Below, piece after piece: positions 1 through 12,700 of a DNA stretch of 64,000 nt (position 1 is the stretch's first letter; each line of letters begins with the position of its first letter). Under the pieces are notes generated by a model, which saw only the letters and a program-made list of their open reading frames with translations, searched no databases and had not been told where the DNA came from. The DNA lies in assembly GCA_958009085.1 (NCBI GenBank), contig OY253673.1, forward strand, positions 930,001-994,000, written 5' to 3'. The position numbers and the translations under genes are program-made. This DNA is from Protoeuglena noctilucae (taxonomy: Eukaryota).

Positions 1-103
1 ACTACGGCTCGGTGGTTGTTAGTTACTTCATGTTGTCTCTCTATGGATCATGGGCCTATTGATTTGTGTGAAGCATAAGCAACTGCATTTGCCTCGTCCT
101 CAG

Positions 104-2928
104 GACATGGACGAGTGGCTGTACGGTGCCAGCTGGGTGGCGGGCACGATCGCCACGCTGGCGGCGGGGAGCGAGGTGGCGGCGCGGACGTTCGTGGGCC
201 TCCCGGACTTCTCATCCATGGCGCGGACCCTAGTGACGCTGATAAAGGTGCGGATAGAACAGTGACATGGTGTCGTGGGTGTTCCCGCTGGCATCTGTGT
301 GCTTTCTGTGTAGAGGGTAGAGGTTGGCGCGAGCGTGTGAGAGCTGCGCGTGAGAGCGGTTCCGTCTGACCCGCGGCCGCCCCTGTGTTTGCGTCAGGTG
401 GAGGAGGTGCAGAGTGCGGCGGCGGCCTGCCTGGGTATGCTGCACAAGTACGCCCCCGTCGTGGGGGAGCTGCTGCGGGAGGCGGTGGCGGAGAGGAGTG
501 ACGGGGTGTCGCTGGGGCTGCTGGAGAGCGCAGGTGAAGAGAGTGGGGGCAGTGCGCTTGGTTTCTGTCCATTGCTCGTGCACGCGCCGTCTCTCGTGCC
601 CTGAAGTGCTCTCACCCGTGTCAGGGCTTTCCCCTCCCGTGCTGCTCTGTCCTGGATATCTGAGCAACACTCACTGTCTCACCACCACCCGCGTGTCCCT
701 GGGACCCTCGCAGGCATGGCCCTGGATGCTTTGGACGCCCAGCTGCGCTCACTGACCCTGGCGGAGAAGCGGACGTGGCTGTCCACACGCATCCAGCAGG
801 AGCTCAAGCCATTCGCACCGGGGATCGCGCTGGAGGGCGTGATGGGTGAGGGCGCGGCACGCGTACATGTCAAAAGCCCATGAGCGGTGCTGGTGGTGGT
901 GCGAGAGGGCGTCAGGTGGTGATCCAGATGTGGACCCTCAAAGGCTGCATGGTCCCTCACATATTGCAGGGCCTTGGACTCTCAAAACGCACACCCGCTC
1001 GCCCCGCGTGCAGGTCCCGCGAGCATCACGTGCGCCAGGGACCACGTGGCGGAGGGCCTGTGCCAGATGATGGTTGAGGGGCGCGGCCTGGCGCAGGACC
1101 TGAGGGGCGGCCTGGAGGTGGTCTTCGAGGGGGAGACGGGGCAGGGCGCCGCGGTGCTGCGGGAGTGGTTCGCCCTCATCGCCCAAGACCTGGCACGGCC
1201 GGAGCTGAACCTCCTCACCAGCCGCAACGGCGGGCAGAGCTTCCAGCCGGCCGGCTTTGCCTCGGACGCCGCCGACCCCGCTATCCTTGGTGAGAGAAGG
1301 GCGAGGTGCTTTGCACGGCGCTTTATGAGTGGGCAAGGGTGCACTGGTCATGCCTGCTTGCCTCACTCGCCTGTTGCGCATCCCCCCCACAACCGCTACC
1401 GAGCCCATTCGCCCTGGCTTTCTCAGCAATAGAGTACTCTGCCTGTACCGCAGACGTGTGGTATGAGATGCTGGGCCGTGCGGGGGGCGCAGCGCTTTTC
1501 CACGCCGTCCCCTTCAGCTGCACCCTCACGCACGGCACTCTGCGGTACCTCCTCGGTCGGGGCCCTTGTTTGGAGGATTTGAAGGAGGCCGACCCGGACA
1601 CTTACACCCACAAGGCGAGGGCACGAGGCTGCGTAGGGGAGGTGCTGGCCTGGCCTCCTGCAGAGCGCCACGGGTTGGCGGTGTAAAGGGCATTGGACTT
1701 GGGCATGCTGTCACGGCTTGGCCATGTAGGGGGCAGTTGCATGATGCATGGTTTCACGGCTGTATAGGGTTGTTGTCACCCGTACCCCCTTGTGTCATGT
1801 GCCCAGGTGCGCTATCTCCTGGACAACGCCATCGACGCCCTGTGCCTGGGGCTCACCTTCACGGACGTCGCTGACGATTCGGGGTTCTTCCGGGCACCGG
1901 GGGAGGAGGTGGAGCTGTGCGAGGGCGGGGCGAGCGTGGACGTCACAGGTGACACCGCAGCAAGTGCTTTGAGGCATTGCCATACGGGCTGTCAGTCGAT
2001 GGACGATGTAATCGTTAGCAGTACGAGGACATCTCGTCTCTTTACGTTCGCAGATGCCAACAAGCACGAGTACGTGGAGCTGCTGGTGCGGTGGCGGCTG
2101 TGTGGGTCGGTGGAGCGCGCCTTAGGGTCCCTGCGCCGCGGGGTGGAGGCCGTCATCCCGGGCGCGGTGCTGCGGAGGTGCGGGGAGGTGCTGACGGTGG
2201 AGGAGTTTGCGGGGATGCTGTTTGGGGAGAGGGAGATTGACGTGGGGGACTGGCGGGCGCACGCCAAGGTGGAGGGGGAGACGCTCACCAAGGCGAGGCG
2301 GATGGGGTGTCGCTGTGGAGTGGCAGATGCCATTTCCAATGTGCGATGCCGCGCTCGGATGCTGCCCCTTTTTCTTCGCTCTTTGTGATGGATGCCAGCC
2401 TCGGCTGCTGCCTTTGTCTCTGCCCTTAGGAGTGACCTTACCCCGCCCCCACTGTCGCCTCGCACCCGTGCCTTGCAGAAGGAGGAGGGCCGGCAGGTGG
2501 TGGAGTGGTTCTGGGAAGTCGTGGAGGGGCTGCAGCAAGCGGACCGCCGTGCCCTGCTGCAGTTCGCCACCGCCTGCACCAACGTCCCGGTGGGTGGGTT
2601 CTCCCGGCTGCAGAGCGCCCACGGCACCTACCACCCCTTCACCGTGGGGGAGCTGTCCGGGCGGCAGGGCACCAACTCGCTCCCTCGCGCCGCCGCTTGC
2701 TTCAACACCATCTTCCTGCCCATCTACACCACCAAAGAGGAATTGGAGCAACAACTGAAGGTGGCCATCGGAATGGGCAAGGGCGTCATTGATGAGCAGG
2801 CGATGGTCATCGGGACCCGGAGTGCGCGGGAGGCGGGGGCGAGGGGCACGCGGGAGGGAGCGGAGGGGGCAGAGGCGGGGGATGGTACGGGCGTCGGGAC
2901 GACGGGCACAGCGCCGGGCCTGTCATAG
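104..2928 (+). CDS. HECT-domain E3 ubiquitin ligase (multi-exon, 5' end probably upstream of the window)
   Basis: Spliced exons give HECT motifs LEVVFEGETGQGAAVLREWF, ANKHEYVELLVRWRL, EIDVGDWRAH, VVEWFWEVV, LLQFATAC and the catalytic Cys region LPRAAACFNTIFLPIYTTKEELEQQL; stop TAG at 2926-2928. Confidence 0.9.
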
Positions 2929-3155
2929 CCCCATTGGGCCCCGGCTGTTGCGGATGCATGTCGCGTTTCATTTGCCACCGCGCAAGGTCGCGGCACCCCA
3001 CATGCCTGCATGCACTTGCCTGCCCATTTCCACCGCATCCCTTGTGCATTTTCATGACTAGGCGCGTCGCTGGCACCTCTCCACTGTCGCATGCCCAATG
3101 CTATCGATGCCAAAAAAGCGCTCTTTCTTTTAAACGCTGGCAGTCAGACCAGGCA

Positions 3156-4992
3156 TCATGCCCCTTGCTGTGCCCCCTCGCCAGCCCGGCTGAGCGCAGC
3201 GGCCACGTCCACAGCCGCCCTCAGCAGCGCCTCGTCAGACCCCTTGGGGCCCACGAGACTCAGCCCTACGGGCAGCCACGCGCCCTCCGCCTCCTCGGGA
3301 ACAGAAGCCGCAGGGATGGACACTTGGGGCAAGCCGCACAGCCCCGCCACGCACGTCAGCGACAGCGCTCGCCTGCGGAAATCCTCCAGGTCCGCGCCCG
3401 GCAGACCCCGCCGCGGCGCCGGCTCAGGTGCGGTCGGAATAACCATCACTGCGCCCTGGCCCAGGATGGACGCCACCCGAGCCTCGACCTGAGGATGCAG
3501 GGGCATGTCAGGTGCTAAGTGAGTACCAGCACTGGCCCTGCTACGCCCCCGCTCTCCCTGCTACCCTCCAACGCACCCTGCCCCACCCGTTGCTACTCCA
3601 CCGCACAGCACTAGACCGTCCCACCTGTTGCCGCACGCCCTGCGCCCGCTCCGCCTCCGCCTCTGTGACTTGAGACGCCATCTCAAACCGCTCCTTAATG
3701 CCCGGCCCGAACTGCGGCCGCTGCTGCGTTACCCAATCCCCGTGGTTGGTCCACACCTCCCGTGCCTGAAGGACTCTGAAGGAGTCCAGCCACTCTGGCG
3801 CTGTGCCTACCCCGCCTGGGTCCCCCACATCCACCGCCCGTGGCTCTGAGCCCAGGAGCGACTCTGACCCCCGCAGTCGATCCAACAAGACGTGAGAAAG
3901 GGCGTACCCGGTGGTGGGGCTCGCCAGATCCCAGAGGTCGACGGGGAACACCCAGGACGTGAGCGGCGTTTTGCTGCCTGGGGCCGACCGGGCCAGTAAC
4001 GCCGACCCCACGCGCTCCAAAGTGACTGCGTCCCTCGCGAACCACCCCACGGTGTCAAACGACTGCGGGGGTGGCGGGGAGGGATCCACGTCGCGCTGTC
4101 GAGGTGCACTGGAGCTGCAAGCACGCATGTTCGGCTCACACGCCTTTCGTCACTCTCACCTGCGCGAGGGGCCTCGCCCCAGTCAGTGGGATGCGGCCCC
4201 AGGTGGTGCGAATGCCAAAGAGTCCGCAGTGGCTGGCGGGGACGCGCACCGACCCTGCCGTGTCCGAACCTAGGGCGAAATCCACCTCCCCGCTCTGCAC
4301 TGCGACGGCGCGTGCATCGGGGCGCTGTGAAGGCTCGGGAACGAAGAGGCCCAGAGGCCCAGAGGCCCAGACAGCAGCAGTGGCTAATCTTGGCAGCACC
4401 GCACGGCAGCGGGGACTGCGCTTGTGACCAGTCGCCTGCAGCCTCACCGGCAGCCGCAGAGCCGGAGCTCGATCCTCCCGGCACTCGGCCCGGGGCGCGG
4501 ATGTTGGGGGGCGTGCCGTACCACCGATTCTCCCCGTTAAGCGAGTATGCTAACTCGTCCATCTGCACCTTGCCCATCAGGCGAGCACCCGACTCCAGGC
4601 ACCACTGCAGCGGACAGGGGAGGGTGCGTCCCAAGGGCGGGGGTGGCGCTGCGTCCGCCCCGCCAACGCGGCTGGACACTCGCCTGCACCACGGGGGCAG
4701 TCGTGTCGGGTACTGGATGTGAGTCACGCCACTGGGGGTTCCCAAACCCCGTCGCCTGGCCCGCCACGTCGAACAGGTCTTTCACGGCGAAGGTAGCTCC
4801 CCGCAGTGGCCCCGTTTCCGATCCCGGTACCTCGACTCGAGGCTCGACCCACACGGTCTTATCTTGGAAGGCCGATGTCGACGTGAGGCGAGCCCTGCTC
4901 CGCAACCCTTGCAGCACCGCGTGCGCGCCGCTGAGGCGAAATCGGGATCTCAGAGCGTGCCTGTGCCACAGCATCTTGATATTGGAAGCCAT
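3156..4992 (-). CDS. Amidase-signature family protein (AMI1/Toc64 amidase-like)
   Basis: GPLRGATFAVKDLFDVAG, MDELAYSLNGEN, PGGSSSGSAAA, DFALGSDTAGSVRVPASHCGLFGIRTT, GLCGLPQVSIP; start codon uncertain (4974, 4992 or 5004). Confidence 0.9.
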
Positions 4993-5345
4993 CGGGCCGA
5001 CCATGGCAAGCGGAACGGACACGACGGAGCGACAGGACCCGGGCGCCGAGTGTGACTGCGATAGAGCACTCCAGCACGGTCGTGCACGCATCGACGACGT
5101 TGACAACGTCAAGTCGCGCGTGACCATGGAGATATTTATGTCTAGGAAGGGACGTCACTCCAGGAGACAAGCAGTCTACGGCCTGTCAGAGAGCAGCAAA
5201 GTTCTGGCATCCTGTGGCCGCGATCTGTGCATTTTCGCCGCGTCCGTCGCATCGAGAGGACTAAGCACATCTCGAGCGTGCACGTCACATTGGTTCCCTT
5301 GCTTCTGCGCACTGCAGCGCATGGTTCTCGCGCTTGCGGTGCGAG

Positions 5346-6932
5346 ATGGCAGCGGTGTTGGTCGTGGGCCTGGCGGGTCGCCAGCGCCATCTGAGGGGAG
5401 GCCAGCCGCTACAACCGTGGGGACCGATGGTCGCTAGCCGGTCGACGCGGCGCGTACCCTCGCTTTCCGTGGCCAGTGAGTGGCACAGCTCCGCGTGGTC
5501 GTTTGGAGGCGTACAGGCAGCGATCTGCCTGATGCGCGCCTCCCCCGCGGTCTTTATTGTCGATCATAGGAACTGCGCGAGATGATAGTGGCATCGGGGC
5601 GGTCAGCGGCCGCATCCACTCCCTCGCTCTGCGCCATTGATAGTTTCGCGATTTCCGCCGCACGTCTCTGTTCCCGTGTCGCGCCAGCAGGGTCGACGAC
5701 GTACAGCAGGGACTTCACTTCCGCGCCGCGTCTCATCCAGCACAAGAACGAGGCGTTCTGGTTCTACCGCTTCCTCAGCATCGTCTACGACAAGGTGGGC
5801 GGGCCGCGGCGCGCGCGCGCCACCCGCACGGCCACCCCTATCGACGCCTCGACATCCACTCGCCACCTTTGACGCCGCAGATCGTCAACCCGGGCCACTG
5901 GACGGAGGACATGCGGGAGGACGCGCTGTCGGTGGCGAGGCTCGACTCCCCGGACCTGAAGGTCTGCGACGTGGGCGGGGGCACGGGGTTCTGCACGCAG
6001 GGCATCGTGAAGGCGGGCGTGCGCCCGGAGAACATCACGTTGTTAGACCAGTCCCCGCACCAGCTGGCCAAGGCCCGGGGCAAGGCGGACCTGGCGGGCG
6101 TGGAGACCGTCGTGGGCGACGCGGAGGACCTGCCCTTCGAGACGGACGCCTACGATCGGTACGTGTCCGCGGGGAGCATCGAGTACTGGCCCGAGCCGCA
6201 GAGGGGCATCTGCGAGGCCTACCGAGTCATCAAGCCCGGTGAGGGCCTGGGGCAAAGGGTGCCTCTGCGATGGGCAGGGGTGGGCGTACCCAAGAGCTCT
6301 CAATGCCGTTGCGACTGGCTGCGTGGACGCCACCCCCCTGCTCATCTGCGCCTTGCTTTGCTCTGCGCAGGCGGCACTGCGTGCCTGATTGGCCCCGTGC
6401 ACCCCACGCACCCCGTCTCTCGGTTCTTCGCGGACGTGTGGATGCTCTTCCCGACCGAGGAGGAGTACATCGAGTGGTTCACCAAGGCGGGGTTTGAGAA
6501 CGTCCACGTCCACCGCATCGGGCCCAAGTGGTACCGGGGCGTCCGCCGCCACGGCCTCATCATGGGGTGCTCGGTCGTCGGGACGAAGCCCAAGGCACGC
6601 GGCGACGCCCGGATGCACATGCGCACGCACATGCTCACGCACGCTCACATGCACGAACGCACACACGCATGCACGCACACACACACGCCAGCCCCCTCTG
6701 CTCTTGGGAAGCACAACAGGAGCTTTCTCCTCCCCCGCGTCGCCCGCAGCCCGGCCCTTCGCCCCTGAAGCTGCCCGCCACGTCTGAGAGGTCCGGGGCG
6801 ATGAACACCAACCCCCTGGCCTTCCTCCTCCGCCTCCTGCTCGGCACGGCGGCCGGGTTCTACTACTTCGTCCTCCCCATCTACATGTACCTCAAGAACC
6901 TCGTGTGGCCCAAGAACGCGCCCGGCTTCTGA
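5346..6932 (+). CDS. VTE3: MPBQ/MSBQ methyltransferase (plastoquinone/tocopherol synthesis), plastid-targeted
   Basis: PRLIQHKNEAFWFYRFLSIVYDK|IVNPGHWTEDMR, DVGGGTGF, YVSAGSIEYWPEPQRGI, IGPKWYRGVRRHGLIMGCSV and C-terminal TM FLLRLLLGTAAGFYYFVLPIYMYLK match plant APG1/VTE3. Confidence 0.93.
6614..6688 (+). repeat. Intronic GCAC/ACAC low-complexity microsatellite
   Basis: Run of gcacatgcgcacgcacatgctcacgcacgc...cacacacacgc inside the last VTE3 intron. Confidence 0.7.
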
Positions 6933-7114
6933 CGAGCCTCGCAAGCCAGGGCCGCGTGGCTGCTCCTCGTTGAACCCAGCAGTGAAAGAAACAAAAGGTC
7001 GATTTGGGGTAACATAGCACACGTCGCGGCGCCTACAGCACCGCTATTGATTCCTGTTGCGTGTTTCATCGCCTGCATCACGCCGGCCCGCACTGCGCGT
7101 CCCGGCTGCTACCC

Positions 7115-9092
7115 CTAGGCTCGGTCCACGAGCGACGTGAAGGCGCGGGACAGGGCGCGTCCCAGCACGACCACTCCGTTTGTCTGCGAGGCGTCGTAGG
7201 CCTTGGCGGCCGGCAGGGCCTTCTCAAGCGCCTCCACCACCTCCAGGGCAGAGGGGCGCTCCTGGGGGTCCTGGCGCCAGCACCACTCGGCCAGGGTGGC
7301 GAGGTTCTCGGGGACAGGGGGCAGCGAGGGGCGCAGAGTCCCCGCCTCGACGCCCCGGGCGGCCTGCACGGGGGTGAGGAACTTGTCTGTGTAGGGCACG
7401 CGGAGGGAGAGGGCCTCGGCCAAGAGGACGCCGAGGCTGAAGACGTCCGCGGGGGGGCCGTATGAGTCGTGGCGGATGACCTCGGGAGCCATGTACTCGT
7501 ACGTGCCTGGGAAGGGGAAGGGAAGGGGCATCAGCACTGAGGGGGATAAAGAGTTCAAATGCACGCGAGGTCAGAGTCGACGTTACGAGTAGCGCACGCG
7601 TAAGCCTAGTCTGCGCACACCCACGCACGCACGCACGCACCCGTCTCGCCAGTCATGACACCGTCGGTCGGGCACCGCCGCGCAAGGCCCGTGTCCCCGA
7701 GCTTGGCGTGGCCGGCCGCAGACATGAGCACGTTGGAGGCCTTCAGGTCGCGGTGGACGAAGGGAGGCTGGTGCGTGTGAAGGAGCGCAAGACCCCTGGG
7801 AGTGAAAGGAGGGAATGATGCGTGTGCAGGACAGCAACATATAGCACTGCATAGCAACTTCGGCACGGTTGGCCGGCAGCGGGGGATGCAGGGCGGGTCT
7901 GTTCGCCTGTCACGCCTCACCTGGCGACGTCCAGCACCGCCCGGACGCGGGTCGTCACGAGTTTGCGGAACTCGGCCGAAGCCGCCGGGGCGCTCTGCCG
8001 GCTGTGCAGCCACGCGGAGAGCGGCCCGCCCTCCATGCGCTCAAACACCATCCAGCAGCACACCTGCGCCGCAGGGCAGACGGCGGCATGCGCGTCAGCA
8101 CGCAGGCCCCCAAGGCGGGCGGTGCGGGTTGCCGTTGCCATCGCCACCTCGCACCTTGGCGGCGCCCTCCTTGCCGTCCGGGCTGGCCTGGATCGAGACG
8201 CCGAGCAACGACACGATGTAGGGGCTCCGCGCCCTCGTCAAGAAGTCAAGCTCTCGCGTGAGAGACACCGCCTGGTCGAGATCGGCGACCTCCACCACCT
8301 TGACCGCCACGTCCTGGCCGCGCCACGTGCCAGCGTAGGTGGCACCGAACGCGCCGCGTCCCATGTTCTTCCCCAGCGTGACCGCGGCAGGGTCGATAAG
8401 CCAGCCGCCCCGCTCCAGCGCCCCGCTCACGTCCGTCCAGAACGACGCCGGCAGGTGCAAGAGGGACTTGTCAGGGCCGTCGCGCCCGGGCAGATCGACG
8501 GGCAGGTCGGGGAGGGCGGAGGTGTCGCGGAGGGCGGCGAGGAGGCGATCGGACTGCGAGTCTCCATCCTCGACCTCGGCTCCCTCGTGAGTTCCCTTCT
8601 CCTTCGGGGCAGCGGATGCCTGGCGCATACGCAAGACGAGAGCACTCAAGAAGGCGACGCGGTCCTTCAGGCCGGCGTTGTCCGCCTCCGCGGTATCTGC
8701 GAAGTCGAGAGGCGCACATGACGCCAAGCGACAGTTGGCCGTCTTCCCGGCGCCCACCTCGATGATATGCGAGCTTACCTACGCGATGAGCAAGAGCTTC
8801 ATTTACTTGCTTCTGCGACTCGATGACTTCCATGAGGGCCATGTTCTGCACGGACAGAACGGACGGTGCACGTCCAAACACTCGCCGGGTCCGCGGCGCG
8901 CGGGCCGACCATCGGCTGGCATTCCCCCGGCGATTCTGAAACTACATGCGTCCCCACACTGACCTCCGCAGCCAGGCCCTCGAGCTGCTTTGCCGTGGGA
9001 GCGCTACCGGCATCGCCGCGAGCCGCATGATCCATGGATCCAGCCCGGTCCAGCGAGGGCATGGAATGCCAGAAGACCGTATCCGTCGGCAC
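7115..9092 (-). CDS. Raf-like/TKL Ser/Thr protein kinase with N-terminal coiled coil
   Basis: MGRGAFGATYAGTWRGQDVAVK, PFVHRDLKASNVLM, AKLGDTGLAR, MTGETGTYEYMAPEVI, ADVFSLGV, CWRQDPQERPS; 5' end uncertain (may extend to about 9324). Confidence 0.88.
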
Positions 9093-9744
9093 GGCTGCGC
9101 ACGGAAACCCTCAGATGTCAAGCCGCTGGATGTCCCCAAGCTTGTGGAGAGGACTAAACTCTCTGGATATGCCTTTCCGCGGGTTCCTGGCTATCGCTCT
9201 GTGATCCTCAGGCACTGTGGTCGACGAAAGTCGTCGGTTCCACGCTTGGGCTGTGACGGTGACGGTGTCACTGCCGTTCACTGGCGCTTCAACCGTCAGC
9301 AAACTCTTCCCCCTGCCTTACCATGGGCGCGGCAGTCGCACGCTGCTCATCGCAACCCGTGCTCCGACCGCGCACAATCGTTCCGCGCATCAGCGCAGGC
9401 TGGACATCTCCCCAGCGTGTCGCAGCGTACGGTCATCTGCCGACGCCTTGCCGTCGTCGCTGAAGCGGACGCTGGTAGCTGAACGCGTTGCGCGATAGGT
9501 CCATACCATGTCGCCACGAAATGGGCGCCGCGCCGGAGGAGAACGTGCTTGCCGTGTGGAGTGCGACGCCCCCCGCGGCCAAGCGACGCCGCCGTTCCAG
9601 GGAAAGCGTGCCGAAGGTTCGGAAACGAACGCGATTGTTTAATGGCTGACCATGGCAGTGATCCTCACTCAGGAGACGCGCCGGCCGGGCCCTATGACCA
9701 GCGTGTAACATCGCAATGGTGCTCTCGTCCTGGTCTGAACGCAG

Positions 9745-12700
9745 GGCACTGAGCATGCGGAAGCAACGCATCGGGGCGTGCACGGCGCTGCGCTAGACTG
9801 CTCCGGACCAGCCAATGCGGCCCCTCAGGCCGGGCGCGTACCATCACGCAATGGCGGCAGGGTCGTGGCCCCCGACAAGACAGGGCCGCCATCCGGCTTG
9901 GGCACGGACCCGTGTCCGCCAGCGCCGACTGCCACGGTCCCCCGCCCCGGCGTCCCCGTGCCGGCCGCTCCCCCCCGGCGCCCCCCCTCCCGCGAGGCCT
10001 TCGTCAGCCTCTACTTCCGCCGCATGGTCCCTCCCTGGGGCCTCGCATGCCAGCGCTCCCGGCAGTCGGAGGCGCCGTGCCCCGGTCGCATGGAGATCAA
10101 CAGTGCCGCGGACGGCCGCCGCCTGTGGCTCTGCTCGCATAGGTGGCACGGCTGCCGCTGCCGGTGGTCGCCTCCCGAACCCGTCCTCTCCCCCGCTCTG
10201 CGGTGAGTGTGCCCGTGACCTGCCTCTCGCCGCCGGCAGCAGGAGCGGTGGCTGCCTGTTGGCCTACCCCGTTGCACTGACGGTCTCTGTGGCTGCGCCT
10301 GCAGACTTGAGGCCATCGACCGAGACTCCTTCCGCATATCCGTGACGCTGGCCTCCGCGCTGTGGACCAAGGTGGCGTGCGGGGGCCTGCGCCGTGTGCT
10401 GCAGGACCTGGGGCTGGCTGCGCACGTGCTCAGCGAGGCGACACCTGCACAAGCCGGACCAGGCAGCGTCCTGGGGCCTGCGGAGACAGGTGGCGCGCAA
10501 GGGGAGAGTGCGGGCGCGGTGGCGGACGTGGAGTCATCCGGGGCCGCTGCGTCGGGACCCCCCGAGACATGCCCCGTGGTCCCTGAGTCAGTGGTAGTGC
10601 CCATGGGGTCATACCCGGAGGTGGTGGACCGCTTACGCCGCGCCAAGGTGCTGGACCGAGTCGCGGCGGAGATCCCCGCGGGAGTGCTGATGAGCCTGCA
10701 GGGACGCACGCCCCGGGAGGGCGAGGGCGAGGTCGCGTCCCGGCTGGCGCGGGTGCCACAGGCGCTGCGGGCCCGGCTGCTGCCCTTCCAAGTGGACGCC
10801 GTCCGCTTCGGCCTCAAGCGTGGCGGGCGCGTGCTGCTGGCGGACGAGATGGGCGTGGGCAAGTCGGTGCAGGCACTCGCCATAGCCACGTGCTACCGGG
10901 ACCAGTGGCCGCTGCTGGTCGTCGCACCCGCGGCGCTGCGGCTCGTGTGGGTGGAGCAAATTGAGGTCTGGCTGCCGGGAGTCAGGTGGGCAGCCGCGCG
11001 CCGTCTGTGGAGCCCGCAGACACCGACCGATCCAAAGCGACCCTGAGGCAGCGACCCTTGCCGCGCAGGCCAGCGGACGTGTCGGTGGTGGAGTCGTCCG
11101 GGGACGCCCCCTGGCTCATTCCGTCGTCCCGCGCACGGCCTCCCGTCACGGTCGCTTCCTACGACATGCTGGCCCGGCTCAGCTGCCACGCATGCCGTGC
11201 CGCGCTGCAGGGGCAGGGGCCGAGGGGGCCGGAGGCGTCACGGTGCAGGGCATCGGGACGGTGCATGGCGGGCGGCGGGTGGGGCGTGGTCATTGCGGAC
11301 GAAAGCCACTGCCTGCGCGCCTGCCAGCACGGCGACGGCCCTGACAAGACGGTGGCAGCCCTCAACGTCATCCGCCGCGCCCACCGGGCGGTGCTCCTCT
11401 CGGGCACGCCCAGCCTCTCCAAGCCCTTTGACCTCTTCTCGCAAGTGGACGCCCTCGTCCCGCGCCTCCTCGGAGCCAAGGACGCCTTTGGGCGACGCTA
11501 CTGCCTCCGGGAGGCGCCCCCCACTGCGGGGCCGTCTGGCCGCCAGCCGTGGCCGCCGGGCCCGCGGTTCACTTCTGGGCGGCACCTGCACGAGCTGCAC
11601 GCGCTGCTGAGGCGGGAGGCGAGCGCTGCTTGTGCTGCCGCATGCTCTGCCCCTTGCTGCCGTAGACACCCATGCTTAAGCACTCACTCAGACCGTTGCA
11701 CACCCCCGCACGTGTCTGGCGCAGGTGATGATTCGGCGACTGAAGGCCGAGGTGCTGTCGCAGCTGCCGCCGATGGCGCGTCACGTGGTGCGACTGCCCC
11801 CGCCCTCCCCCACCGACTGGCCGGGCAGCCGCGGGGTGCCGCTGATTGGCGACGCGGCGGATGCGGACTCGCTCGCGGACGCGGACCCCGTGGCGCGCGG
11901 GGGGGTCGAGGAGGGCGCGCCGATGGGCCAGCAGCAGCGTGTGGGGATTGCGAAGGTGCGGGAGGCGGCGCGGTGGCTGTGGGCGAGGCTGGGGGTGCGG
12001 ACGGAGGGGGACGAGGGGTCGCCGGGGGAGGTGGAGGACGGGGACGGCGCGGGAGATGGGGAGGAGGGCACCCAGGCAAGCGTGGGGTCGCAGGGTGCTT
12101 GGTGCTGCGTGGGTGGGTGAGAGAACGTTGTGCTGAGAGGTGGGCTGTGTGCAGCAACAACATTCGTTGCGCCGTCGCAGGGGTCGTTTGGGTGCGCCAA
12201 CTCCGCCCTGGGTTGCGTGCCGCGCACGGTGATCTTTGCCCACCACCGCTTGGTGATGGATGCGTGGGACGCGGAGATCCGCAGAGCGGCGCGGGAGATG
12301 GCACCGCGGGCGGGCGTGGAGCCCAAGGCGAGATTTGGCGTTTGTGACTTGCCTGGCATGTAGTGACGCAGAGCCCTGCATGCTTCACACACAGCAATGC
12401 CCCCTGCCCCACCCGACCGCAGATGATCCGGATCGATGGTTCCACGGACAGCCGCGAGCGCTTCGAGTCCTGCCAGCTCTTCAACACCCGCGACGAGTAC
12501 CGCTTTGCCCTCATCTCGCTCACCGCGGGGGGCGTCGGCATCGACCTCAGTCAGGCCGCGGAGGTGGTGTTTGCCGAGCTGCCCGTGGAGGCGGGGTGGG
12601 TCCAGCAGGCGGAGGGGCGGGCGCACCGACGGGGCGGGCAGGCGAACGGAGTGGCAGGTGAGGCAGCGGACGGCTGAGTCAGACCCAGGTGCCCCTTTGC

